Of a stretch of DNA of 64,000 nucleotides, positions 24,771-36,957 are shown piece by piece. The stretch is from Pristiophorus japonicus (Eukaryota). The stretch is from contig NC_091999.1 of the NCBI RefSeq assembly GCF_044704955.1, positions 26,784,001 to 26,848,000 on the forward strand. Direction: 5' to 3'. Under the pieces are notes generated by a model. That model saw nothing but the letters and a program-made list of their open reading frames with translations. It searched no databases and was not told the DNA's origin. Every line of letters starts with the position of its first letter. The stretch's first letter is position 1. A program made the translations under genes and the position numbers.

Positions 24771-26890
24771 GGACTCGAGAGCTCGTGGAAATAACGTGGA
24801 GTAATGCAGCCTCATATCAGTGACAACAGACTGAGGGATGGCAAGGCCTGTATTACAGGGACTTGGGCGACATTAGTTTAATAAAACATCAAAAACACTG
24901 ATGGTGTCGGACGGAGCAACAGTAGAGTTAAATAACGGGCATAAAACAACGTTACAAGGAAACGAAACAACATTGGGGATGAGCCAATAATATAGAACCA
25001 TAATTAATGGGAATAAGACCGCGGTGTGTTTTTAATCAGGAAAGACAAACATACTGCACCAGGGGAAGGGGGTGCAGATTTCACTCAACATCTATGAATG
25101 GTGGTGGAGTGATATCTCCAGAGATAGACCCACCAACACGGCCCCATCCACTAGTTTAGCAACAGTGAGCACTACCAGGGCCTCGACCATCACACCCCCA
25201 GCGCCACAAACCTGTCCAACTGTGAACACTGGGGCAAAAGAGAAATTGATAAGGCAGACCAAGGGTAAGATACACTTCAGGGTACGTCAGCGAATAATTA
25301 CTGTATTCCTAAATTTAAACAATAAAACTACCCCAACATCTGCGGGTTAAACAGTATAAGCCTGTATAGAAACATGATCCTTCGAGCACTTAAAGGCGCT
25401 GAATCCAAAACCATGAAGTTTAATGTGGAAAGAGAGTCAGGTAAAAAAAAACGGGACAGGGGAAAAAGAGGGATACTCGAAATGGTACGAGGCAGGATAC
25501 ACGGCAGGATACGTGGCAGGATACACTGCAGAATACACGGCGGAATACGTGTATGTGGCGGGAGTTGCGAAACTATAGACCTACACACGATAGATGATTG
25601 AGTTAACGCCTTCGCATGAACCTGACTGGGATTGCTGGAAAGCGATAAGGATAATGAAAAGATACAGGCACAGCTGGGTAATGGCGCATAAAGCGAATTA
25701 TTACAGTGGCCCACACATTGCGAGACCACACCAGAACTCTAAATGAATAAAGCATAACGCAACTTAAGTAAAACCATACAGACAGAACAAGTACGTGCAG
25801 GATATGGAGCATGGTTGCTCACTGGAATACAACATAACAGAGAGTAGCTTCAGAAGAGAAAGGTGTCGGATTGGATAACACTCGATATATTTACAAACTG
25901 GACCTTAGACAAAAACATGACTCATGCCTGCGAGGTGCAGAGAAACAGTCATGCTTGGGTTTCAAAGGCCAGCTGTGTTACCGGACATTTAAATAGATTT
26001 TTTATTATCTCTACCACAGTATTATGTGACAACAGGAGATCCTTCATACCAAACAATGTAGGAGAAATAAGGATTCAAACTCGCGTGTGGTGTGATGACA
26101 AACCAGAAATGTAACTGAGGAGAACAACAGTCCTAAGAGTCTCAGCATATGTAGATTGTTATAAAAATAACCAAGTTGCTTTATGTCGAGATCCACTACG
26201 AATGATCAAAGATGACTGTGGATATAACCAATTGGACGGGTGCACCTTGAGCATCACCCCCACTAACACAGGACTACAAAATTATCGCTGTTTCACGAGG
26301 ATATGGAGATTGATGTGTGACCACCACGGCAACTGAAATGAAGAAAGGAACACCTCATGCACCATTATGGATATTGACTTCTGCTTTACTCCACTTGATG
26401 AGACAGATATAAATGGGTTTATTATAACCCCTGAGCTAAAGGAGGAATGATCGATGGGACAATGATGGACATTGCCTGAGGAGGTTTTGCGAAGACCAGC
26501 GGGCCACAAGGAAAACCAATACTCGAATTGAAAGAGAAACAAACTCGACTGAATTGGACACCATTCGACAACATAGAGGGTACTCCAGGCGGGGCAGAAA
26601 TTCGGCAGAACAGTGAAGACCCCAAGTGGAGGGAAGATAGATGAAACAGCAGATACTCCAGGCGCGGCATAATTCGAACACCGAGAAAATGTTGGCTACA
26701 AAGGACTTATACATGAACTAAGCTAGACTCAATGTACTGGTTGTAGTGCAAGGGTGCTCACCTTGCTAGTATTATCCTTTAAAAAGCTGTAACCGACGTA
26801 AGAGGCAAGCCCTAGCCCGTACTATAGTTAAAACATTGAAGAAAGGGAAATCAGACAGTCCGGCAGAAAGGACATACATAGTATAACCTT
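24771..26890 (+). pseudogene. env: env pseudogene, F-protein-like class I fusogen
   Basis: Splice acceptor TTGCTTTTTGCAG ending 24770; Thr-rich stretch; furin site RGKR at 25458 then GILEMV/AGY; amphipathic helix HTLRDHTRTLNE; C-x8-C-x10-C-x7-C at 26157-26240; hydrophobic segment ~26730-26780 then basic tail. Confidence 0.75.
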
Positions 26891-27033
26891 GATGGGAAAG
26901 CCAACAGATAGCTCCAGGAGCTCGGGAAGTAGCACTACCCAAGGGCAAGGACAACCCTGGAATCTCACCCATGTGGTATTAATTGCGAAATGGCCTATCT
27001 TGGGCATATAGTCAAGGGCCATTAGGGGGTAAT

Positions 27034-27700
27034 TGTAAGGGATAAATAGTAAGGTTCTAGATAGGGGGTCAGAATTATGCCGAAGGTAGTGAACTTATCA
27101 ATTGTCGATGTATGTAACACTTGCTTATATAGGTATGACACACTTATACGCATTATATCATAGCTTAACCTGAGTAAAACTTAAACAGCCAAAGTCAGCA
27201 GTTTTGTTTAAAAGTCGCTGATCAAGAGATAAAGAAGCCAGGACAACCACACCAGGTGTCGGATAGACTGGGGTAGAGGGCAAAATGGAATAAGACAATG
27301 ATGAGAGATGGGCAATTTCATGTACCACTCGGAGCCCGTCTGATAAGAGTCGACAAATCACTGTAACTTCGCTGATAGCAATAGACCTATCGATGATTTT
27401 GTAGGAGGATACCTCCTCTCCAACACCTGTATACATTATGCTTCAAAACCCTTCTATGTCGGAGGTTCCAATACGGAACCTTCCCGTGCATTGCTCGTAA
27501 AAAAACCGATAAACCTGAGGTTTCGTGTGTTTACTTCCGTGTTCGTCATACAGTGGGAAGCTGGGCGAGGTGTCGATTAACTATATCAGTTCGTACACCC
27601 CGAGGGAGAGAAGCCTAGTTTTATCCCAACGGAAGGTCAGGTGTCGATTAACTACATCAGTTCGTCCTTGAAGGAGAGAAGCCTCCTTTTTACCACAACA
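27034..27700 (+). repeat. 3' LTR of ERV family A
   Basis: Preceded by purine tract AGGGGGTAAT; starts TGTAAGG, ends CAACA; internal ~55-bp duplication near the 3' end. Confidence 0.75.
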
Positions 27701-29878
27701 CCTTCCCTCCTCACCACTCCTCTCCTCACCTCTCTCCTCACGTCTCTCCAATGCTCATCTCCTCTCATCTCCCCTACCTTCTACCCTCCTCTACTCTATT
27801 CTCCTCTCCCACCCTCGCCTCTACCCTCTCCTCTCCCCAGTCCTCTCCTCTAATCCCCTCCCCACTTCACTCCACTTTCATCTCCTCTCGTCTCCTCTCA
27901 TCACATCCACTCTCCGTTCCACTACTCTCCCCTGCTCTGCTTTCTTCTCCCCTCTCCTCCCCTACACACTCGTCCCCTCCCTGCTCATCTCTACCCTCCT
28001 CTCTCCCCTCGTCTCTCGTTTCCTCGCCTCTCCACTACTCTCCTCCTCTCGCCTCTCCTCTCCTTCACACTCCTCTCCTCTCCCCTCTGCTCACCTCCTT
28101 ATCCTTTCATCATCTCTACTCTCCCCTCTCCTCCCCCATCCTCTCCACTCGGCTCATCCCTTCACCCATCTACTCCTCTCTCATCTCCACTGCTCTTCTC
28201 ACCTGTCTTCCCGTTCTCTCCTGTCTACTCTCCTCTCTCCTCTCCCCTCTCCTCAACTCTCCTCCCCTTTCAGCTGTTCTCCTCAACTCTTTTGTGCCTC
28301 ATTTTCTCCCCTCTTGCCTACCTTTTCCACGCCTCTACTCCACTATTCTCCTCCCTTTCCCTCTCCTCCATTCTCCTCTCAGCTCCTCTGCTTTCTCATC
28401 TCCACTCATCTCCCGTCTTCCCCGATCCACCCCTATCCTCACCGATCCTCTCCTCTCTCCTGTTTTCAGGTCGCTTCTCACTCCACTCTCCTCTCTCCTC
28501 TCCACTCGTCTCCACTCCAATCATCTCGACTCCTCTCCCCTAAATTCTCCCCTCCTCTCCTCACCCCTCTCCTCTCCTCTTCACCTCTTCTCCCCTTTCA
28601 TTTTAACTCCTCTCCTCACTTGTGTCGTCTGATGTTCTCCCCTCTCCTCTCCTCCCCGCTCCTCTCCTTCCCTCTGCTCTCCTGTACCCTCTCCAGTCCA
28701 CTCCTCTCCTCCCGCTCCTACCCTCTCCTCCCCTCTGCTCTCCTTTCCTCTACCCTCTTTTCACCTCCTCCTCTCATGCACTGTCTTCTCTCTCCTCTTC
28801 TCTCCCCTAACTTCCCCCCCTCTTCTCCACTCACCTTTACTCCCCTCTCCGTTACCCACTCTTCTATCCTCTCCTGCCCTCTCTTCTAATCTCCTCCCTT
28901 GTCCCCTCTCTTGTCCTCTCCTCTCCTCTAATCTACTACCTCCTCTCTCTACTTTGCTTTCATCTTTTCTCTGCTATCCTTACATCTCTTCTATTCTCCT
29001 CTCCATTGCTCGTATCTCCATAGCTCTTCTCTCCTCCACTCTCCTCTCCACTTCCCCTCTCTTCTCCCCTCTCCTCCCCTCCCTTCTCATCTCTTCTCGC
29101 CCCTGCTCTCCCCGCTCTCTTCCTCTCCTCTGAGGGTCTCTCCTCTGCTCTCCCACTGCCCTTCCCCTCTCCTCTGCTCTACTCTCCTTCTCTCTCATCC
29201 TCTCACTTCTCCACTTTTCTCCATTCCTCCTTTCTCTGCTACGCTCCTCTCCTCCTCTCCCCGCTCCTCTCATCTCTCTTCTGTCCCCTACCTTCTCCCC
29301 ATCTCTACTCCACTCTCCTGTCCACCCCTCTCCCCTACACTCTCATCTCCACTCCCCTCGCCTCTCCACTCCTCTCATCCCTCTCCTCTCCCCTACCTTT
29401 TCCTCACCTCTATTCCACTCTCCTCTCCTTCCATCTCCCCTACACTATCATCTCCTTTCCCCTCCTCTACTCTCTTCCCCTCTCCTATCTTCTCTTCCCC
29501 CCTCTTTTCTCCTCTCCTTTCATCTTATCAACTCTCCTCTGCTTTCCTCTACTCATCTCTGTTCTGCTCTACTCTCTACTCCCCCTCTCATCTATCCTAT
29601 CCTCCACTAACCTCCCCTCCCCTTCCTGCTCATCTTCACTCTTTCCTTCTCCCACCCTCTCCTCTCACCTCCTACCCTCTGCTCTGTTCTGCTGTCTTCT
29701 CCACTCAACGCATCTGCTCTCCTCACCTCTGCTCTCCTATTCCCCTCCTCTCCTCTCCTCCACACTCATCTCCTCTCGTCTACTCCCCTCCCACCTCCTG
29801 TCCTCTCTCTTCTCTTCTCCTCACCTCTCTGCTCCTTTCATCTCCATTCCTCACCTCCAGTCTCTACATTCCCTGCTC
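27701..29878. repeat. 2.2-kb degenerate polypyrimidine (CTCTC/CTCCT)n tract
   Basis: Plus strand almost entirely C/T with pentamer periodicity. Confidence 0.95.
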
Positions 29879-29969
29879 TGAGGAAAATAAACGATTTGAT
29901 GGCGTGTGACTGTCAGTATGGCATCGGTCGCCATGAATCTGGACTGACCATTGTAATAATAGCACACAC

Positions 29970-30402
29970 AATTCCTTACTTACCAATATGTTATCTGTCC
30001 CCATGTGCCCTGACTCACCACTCTATTATCTGTCCCCATGAACCTTTACTGACCAATATATTATCTGCCCCATGTCCCCTTACTGACCACTGTATTATCT
30101 GTCCCCATGTATCCTTACTGACCTCTGTATTATCTGTACCCATGTATCCTTACTCACAATTATATTAACAGTCACCATGTACCCTTACTGACGATTGTAT
30201 TATCAGTTCTTATGTAGCCTTACTGACCACTGCATTATCAGTCTCCATGTACCCTTACTGACAATTGTATTATCAGTCCTCATGTACCCTTACTGACCAA
30301 TATATTATCTGCCCCATGTACCCTTACTAACCACTGTATTATCAGTGCCCATGTATCCTTAATTTGCACTGTACTGTCAGTCCCCGTGCATGTTACTGAC
30401 AC
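29970..30402. repeat. 35-bp minisatellite (CCATGTACCCTTACTGACCACTGTATTATCAGTCC)
   Basis: CCATG at 30001, 30036...; about 12 units. Confidence 0.92.
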
Positions 30403-30761
30403 TTACTTAGCCTGCCTCTATCATTCCATTTGTTTTATTTCACTTGTGTTACCCCGAGAAGTGAATTGAAAATCTGAAATTACAGAGTTATTTTATATCT
30501 CAGTAATAACAGAAACTGCCTAAATGAAAGTTGCTCCCTTCACATGCATGCTGTGATTCTGTGGAATTAACTATTTCTGCTTTTGCCAATAGTGCTTGGT
30601 TTTGGATCAAGTTATTTGATCTGAAAGCCACGTTGCTTTTAAAATATTTTGCAATTGAAAGTGATGCAAAGAATAGGTTCGGACAACTTGTTTATTCAGT
30701 GACTGTGATTAATATCCTTCAGTGTGCAGTTTAATTGTCTCACTGGAGAGTTCCCTCAGGC

Positions 30762-30768
30762 TATAAAT
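30762..30768 (+). promoter_or_regulatory. TATA box of GPR139-like gene
   Basis: TATAAAT 98 bp upstream of ATG 30860. Confidence 0.5.
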
Positions 30769-31974
30769 AGGGATTTTTTTTCAGTCTGTACAGCAATGTT
30801 TGACTGAAGTTGTTGTCTAAAACGAACAGCGCTCATTGGAGTTCACAGAAAGTCAAGTCATGTTCTGGGAGATTCCAAGTGAGCTTTGCATCTTGTGGGC
30901 ACTTTTCAATGTGGAACGTATTTATTACCCGCTCCTCGCTGCTGTTGGTGTTCCTGGTGAGTCCTTCATCTGCAATTAATTATGTAACCCATGTTTCTCT
31001 GTATTTGCTGTCCTTGTCCTTTAGTTCTAGTTATTAATTGTATTCAATTTAAACCTCTTGTTCTGTGTCTGGCAATGCAAATACGTTTCTGTCATGTAAT
31101 GTTTCATCATTTGCTGACTCGCTGCTGCCAGTTCAATGAATAGTATGTTGTTTCCACAACTTGCTTCCAGTGATAGTGGTTCACAGGTTTTGACAGAAAT
31201 TTGACTTTATTGACACAGATATGTTAGTGAACGATTATATTATTGAACAGCTTGCAGTCAGCTTTCTGCACTGATGCCCAGTGTTGGATAATAAATATGT
31301 GTTCAGAGGTAACAAGTGTTTTAAGGACCACTGGTTATTGTAAATGACACTGACCAGTGGAAATCAGCGTTGAGAGATCCTTCACAAATACACTGAGATA
31401 TGAGACATTATTCACTAATGATTCAGCTATAGACAGTTGTCGTAATTTCCACTGCCTCCCGCTCTGCCTCACAGTCACTAATTTCAAACGATCAGGACAG
31501 GGTTAAAACTGCAATACGGATTCCAGTAAAATGTTTATTCAGTTGTGTTTGAATTGATTTATTTCCCTTGTTCAGCCACAGTTCAGGAGAGCTCGGTGTG
31601 GGCCGCACGGTAGCAACTATTCAAAATGGAGCACTATATTGTGCAATATTTTGATATTTCCAGTCTCAAACTCTCTCTGTCAACTGGAAGTCTGTAACTT
31701 CCTCACACCAGGTGAAAGGAAATTGGTTGACACAGTTCCAGCTGTAAACAGACACGTTCGAAAATCTTCTGTGACATCTTACAACATGGGTTATCATTAG
31801 TCTATTGTAAAGCGACAGTCCCTTCTTTAAAAATTATTTGAAATATTCTTGGAAAGTCAGCTTAAGGCAGTTACAAAGAGTACTTTCAAAACAATGGTTG
31901 GAAAGGTTCTGATTTCGACACATAATACAATTCAATTCATCTTCTTCAGCCTACGACACAACCACAGTAATCTC

Positions 31975-32270
31975 GCCAAAGACTCCATTCCCCTCTCTGG
32001 CCACAGATTTCATTCCCCACCTTGGCCACAGACTCCATTCCCCTCCCTGTACACAGATTCGATTCCCCTTCCTGGACAAAGAATCGATTCCTCTCATGGG
32101 CCACATACTCCATTCCCCTCCCTGTCACAGACTCCATTCCTTCCTTGGCCACAGGCTCCATTCCGTCCCTTGGCCCCCAATTCCATTCTCCTCCCTGGAC
32201 ACTGATTTCATCCTCCTCGCTGTCCCCATACTGCATTCCCATCCCTGGACAATGACTCTATTCTCCTCAA
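31975..32270. repeat. ~25-bp intronic minisatellite (CACAGACTCCATTCCCCTCCCTGGC)
   Basis: CCATTCCC core recurs about every 25 bp. Confidence 0.8.
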
Positions 32271-32409
32271 TGAACACAGGTTATTCACAAACTCGCGGCT
32301 TCTTGTGCTGAATTATTACTTCCTCTGACTTGGATATGGCGTTCTATCAGAGTCTCATTCGGAGCTTTACCCACCTGGAAAAAGTCCAATACATTAATTA
32401 TTTCAGTCA

Positions 32410-32720
32410 TGACCCGGCACCCACACATCACATCCACCGATTCACTCACTCCCTGTCACAACACCCAAACACCCCATCCACTGGTACATTCAGTCCAGAC
32501 CCAACACCCACACGTCCCATCCATTGGTACATTCAGTCCTTGTCCCGATACCCACACGTCCCATATATTGGTTCTTTCAATACCTGTGCCAAACACCACA
32601 CGTCCCATCCACTGGTGTAATCAGTCGTGACCCAAACAGCACACGTCCCATCCGATGATTTCATCAGTCCTGACCCAAACACCACAAGTCCCATTGGTTG
32701 GTTAACTTAATCCTGACTCA
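32410..32720. repeat. ~42-bp intronic minisatellite (CACCACACGTCCCATCCACTGGTACATTCAGTCC...)
   Basis: CACGTCCCAT core repeated; shorter version at 49410-49640. Confidence 0.75.
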
Positions 32721-34619
32721 TTTCACACATAATTCTTTGAGACAGCTGTTCATGCTCTCAATCTGAAATATAAATTCCCTGTTTTTCTCTTTCTTGCAGT
32801 GAACTTAGTGACAATAATGATCCTGTCTCGAGGAAGGTGCGGTCTCTCCAAGTGTGTCAGCCGTTACCAGGTGGCAATGGCAGCGGCAGATCTACTGGTC
32901 GTTATCCTGGAACTAATATCCAGGCAGATTCCTATTCATTACTCAACCGTGTTTGAGTTCATGTGGAACATTAAAGTGTGTAATATCCATGCTATCCTGC
33001 TTTACGCAGTCACAGACTGTTTCATCTGGTTCACAGTTGCTTTTACCTTTGACCGATGTATAGCCATTTGTTGTCAGAAGCTCAAAACCAAATATTGCAC
33101 CGAGAAAACGGCGACTGTGGTTGTGGGAACAGTGAGTGCGCTGTTCTGTGTAAAGAACACTTTCTGGTACTTTATGTATGGAGGTATGTATCAGATTTCC
33201 AATAGTCCCTGGTTTTGTTTTGTTCGATGGGAAGTCTCTGATTCAGTATCATGGGCAGTAATTGAATTTCTTCATTATATTATAACACCGTTTATTCCAT
33301 TTGTTCTGATCCTTCTGCTCAATACTTTAACTGTCAGACACGTTTTAGTGTCGATGCAGAGCCCGCAGGAGACTCAGGGCCCACAGCAGTGGGGAGAGTC
33401 CCAGTGACCCAGAGATGGAGAAGCGAAGGAAATCCATAATTTTACTGTTTGTTATATCCGGCAATTTTATCCTGTTATGGGCAGTGTTTCTGTTATATTC
33501 TGCGGTTGAACGATTGCATTCGTTAAACGTTATTCGTGCATCTCTACCTCAATATGTACAGGAAATGGGATTTATGCTTCAGCTCCTGAGTTGCTGCACC
33601 AACACATGTATTTATGCCGTGACCCAGACGAAATTCAGAGAGGAGTTGAAGAATGTGGTGAAATATCCCTTTACTGTAATTGTTAAATGCATTAAATAAT
33701 AAGAATCACACAATGTTTTGGACGTGTATTCTGCCCAATCTGCTCATCTCTGTGATACACACACAGTGAGGCCTGTTTATATCTTTCACCGCACGGATTC
33801 AGCGACTAACAAAAATGATAGAGGTGGGGAAGTCCACGGAGATCAGTCCCGCTGGACTCCTGCAGGTTTTATCCCCGCTAAGACATCTGCTGCGGCCTGG
33901 GATGGGTTTATAAAGCTCCCGACCGCCAGGCTCGTGCCGGATGTGTTTACCCAAAGGGAGCGGCACGGGGAAGATGGCTCTGTTACTTTTCAGTCCACGG
34001 GCGGAAGGGCCGCTCAGTCCCCAGCACTCCCAGGGAAAGCTGGGGGGAAATGGCCTGGGACCAAACAACAGCCAGAGAGGGAAGGTTTCAAAGGCTCAAA
34101 GGTCAGTGCTTTCATCCCTTTGCAGGCTCCTTGTGTTATCCTCCCAGTGGGGTTTAACCTGAGCAGCCCCAGCGCCTGGTGATAGCGACGTATCCTTGTT
34201 TCAGATAATCTACCTTTGGGATTAAAGGGTGTCCTGCAGACGGAATATATCCCAGTGACATTCACCACTATAACGTTCCTTTGTAAGTTTGCCTGAACAA
34301 TGCGGTGATCTGCAGGATGAAGTGTTCCCCGCACACACTCGACACACATTAAACTCAGCTCCTCCTCACTCTCTCAATAATCTCCGTGCTAAACATAGCC
34401 CATAATATGCAGCATTCAGGGAGGGTCGTAACGAGCTTTGTTACTAGGTATTGCAGTATGTGTGATGTAATGAAGCGGGGAAACTCGCATGACACTGTGC
34501 CTCAGTATTGTGACATCACAGACCTGCACTTTTGACCATGCCCTGGCCTGTGGCTGACTCAGAATCGCATTTCAGACATCCCATCTCCTTCACCCATCAC
34601 TTTACAAAGAGTTACTTAA

Positions 34620-36405
34620 TGTCTGCAACAAAGAAATAGGCCATTCGGTGCTCGCGGCTGCAAACTGGTCTGAGGCGGTTCCCCTGAGGTTTTCCTGGGG
34701 GTGCTGGGAGTTAGCAGCCCGTCTGCCTGTGGACTGCAAATTTACAGAGCGACCTTCCCCACCCCGACCCTTTCGGCCCAGCAGAGCATGTCAGAGCTTA
34801 CTCGATCACCACATTCTGATCATAAACGGAGTGCACAAAGAGAGTGGTAAACTTGGGAACGAAGAGAAAGTGAGATTCAGTGGTAAGTCCGTGGTGAGTC
34901 TGGCTGAGTATTAGCTGTAAGAAGGGAAATTTAGATTAACGTTTTGAATTGAACTTAGAACTTTAAAAACAGAAGTTAGCAGAAACTGCCTGTTAGTGGT
35001 AGTTAACTATCAGTCAGCTGTAAGTGTTAGTCTTAAATATGTGCTAATTACTGCGAGCAATGGGCATGGAGCTGAGACAGCACTTGAAACTTGTGTGTGG
35101 CTCCAAAGGTATAAAACTAAACACTAACTGTTGATTCACAGTGTGTTCTGCACAGTGATATTAAACGGAATTTGGTGAGAGTTTGAATGGGAACAGTGGT
35201 TGAAGGAGGTGTTGCTTTGGCCTCCAAAATACAGCAGGTAGATGAATGTTTGGTGAGTATTACCTTTTTTCTCGAAGCTTGGTCCACACTAAGACCTGGG
35301 AGCAATAACAATACTTTATTAAATTAATAATTTAACCATAATTACTAATTAATTAATATAATTATAAATAACCATTGAATAAAAACTAAGTAATTAAATT
35401 AATTCAGTGTGTAAATAAGCAAATACATTTATAAAAAATAACTAAAGATGGCAGGGTAGGCAATGAGTCGAGACTATAATGTGTGTGAATTTTTGCACAT
35501 CAAATCTGTCCCACATTCCCACATCTGCAGGAAATGTCTTTGCTTTATTCGCTCTGGCTCAGGGTAATTCGGCTGGAGTGCGAGTTCGACACACTCTGAA
35601 ACACACAGGATAACTGATTTAATCCAGAAAACAGTCACATCCCACAGAAAAGCGCAGGTTCCGGAAAGTCTGTGGCTGATTGGGTGCCGTGTAGCGAACT
35701 GAGGAGAGGCTGAGAATGAGACACTGCTCCTGTCCAACAGGCACGATATACTCGTTACCTTTAACGATAAGGATAAAGATTGCGTGGAGGACATCCAGAT
35801 TACATACCAAAGTACGTGGCTCAGAAGGTTGTCTACAGGCAGAGATAGGTAGAAATATTAAACAATTACTTTGCATCAGTATTTATCAGGGAGACAAAAA
35901 GGTGGACATGACATCGGATGATATTAGAAATGAAATAACTGCATTTAAAATAACAAGAGGAAAATATTATTTAAACTAATCAAACCGAAAATGGTTAAAT
36001 GCCAGCTTCGGACGAATCACATCTAGGGAAGAGATAGCAGAGGCATTAATAAACATATTTAATACTTCGTTAGAATAAGGTGCAGTGCCGGAGGATTGGC
36101 AGACACCTAATGTAATAACTATTTTTAAGAAGGGAGGTGGAACGTGTCTGAGGAACTATAGTCCAGTCAACTTAACGTTGTTGGGAGGAAAAATAATGGA
36201 TTCCCTACTAAAAGAAAAAGGGGAAGAGCAACTAGAAACCAAAAATGAATAGTCAGCATGGATTATAAAAGGGAAAGTCTTGAATTGACCAAATTCTTTG
36301 AATTTTTCGAACAGGTAACAGATAGCGTAAACTAACGTAATGTAGTAGGTGTAATTTATCTGGATATCCAAAGGCCTTCGATAAGATACCCCATAATCGA
36401 CTGAA
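34620..36405 (+). mobile_element. Old internally deleted CR1 (5' UTR, ORF1 N-terminus, RT remnant)
   Basis: ATGGCAGGG start at ~35448 with decayed Cys motifs; VPEDW, NYSPVNLT, QHG, AFDKIPHNRL; copy at ~51510-53295. Confidence 0.7.
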
Positions 36406-36451
36406 AGGGCAGATCACAAATCATAATTACAATTAATAATAATAATTGGGA

Positions 36452-36936
36452 TGTTTTGAAATGGAGTTAACAGATTTTTAAAATGGATCCCACAGCCTGT
36501 TTTTCAGTCTGTGGGAAGCATGTGTGGGATGCCTTCCACAGAGGGGCAGATGTTCCAATTCATAGACCAAAGGCCTTGGGAGCTGGGCACAGACACAGAT
36601 AACATAGAATTTGAATTCTACAACAAGATACAAGTCAAATAAAAAGAATCATAACAACATGTATATTGAAATAACCATTTAAACATATAGGGGCCAGATT
36701 GGAGGAAGCAACCTACCAGATAATCATGTATTAATCAATCAGCACATATTAATTGTAACTTGTGTAATTACGTAATGCTATAATCTGAAACTGTATAAAA
36801 TAAGATATCTCTGGCAGTTTCTCTGAGCATTCATTCAAGGATACCTCCCCTGCCAGCTTGTATCTTTTATTATGAAAAACTGCATTTACTTTAAGGCTAA
36901 CGGACTCCGAGTGGTGGTTTGAAGTTAACCCTAACA
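36452..36936 (+). repeat. 5' LTR of ERV family B
   Basis: TGTT...AACA termini, TATAAAA at ~36794, AATAAA intact in paralog (53761), followed 3 nt later by a PBS. Confidence 0.7.
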
Positions 36937-36939
36937 AAT

Positions 36940-36957
36940 TGGCGCAGTCAGCAGGAT
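36940..36957 (+). promoter_or_regulatory. Primer-binding site complementary to tRNA-Ser 3' end
   Basis: TGGCGCAGTCAGCAGGAT versus the tRNA-Ser complement TGGCGTAGTCGGCAGGAT (recalled; 2 mismatches). Confidence 0.8.

Larger units (their letters stand above)
20691..27700 (+). mobile_element. Endogenous retrovirus, lokiretrovirus-like (family A), 5'-truncated: gag(NC)-PR-RT-tether-RNaseH-IN-env-PPT-3'LTR
   Basis: Domains occur in retroviral order (see sub-features); many stops, frameshifts and deletions. Confidence 0.85.
30860..33699 (+). pseudogene. Two-exon GPR139/GPR142-like class A GPCR (exon 1 30860-30956, exon 2 32800-33699) with a single +1 frameshift at ~33355
   Basis: Exon 1 MFWEIPSELCILWALFNVERIYYPLLAAVGVP G|GTGAGT; acceptor TTCTTGCAG|TG; AMAAADLLV, FTFDRCIAICC, CTNTCIY..TQTKFREEL; 331 aa if the extra T is removed. 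Confidence 0.9.

Noticed and set aside
27641-29273. Long Ser/Pro/Leu-rich ORFs (e.g. 293 aa at 27751)
   Set aside because: Artefact of a stop-poor C/T microsatellite
30810-31037. ORF-track 75-aa protein over GPCR exon 1 (and 13355-13537)
   Set aside because: Wrong frame; the real exons start at 30860 and 13464 and end at splice donors
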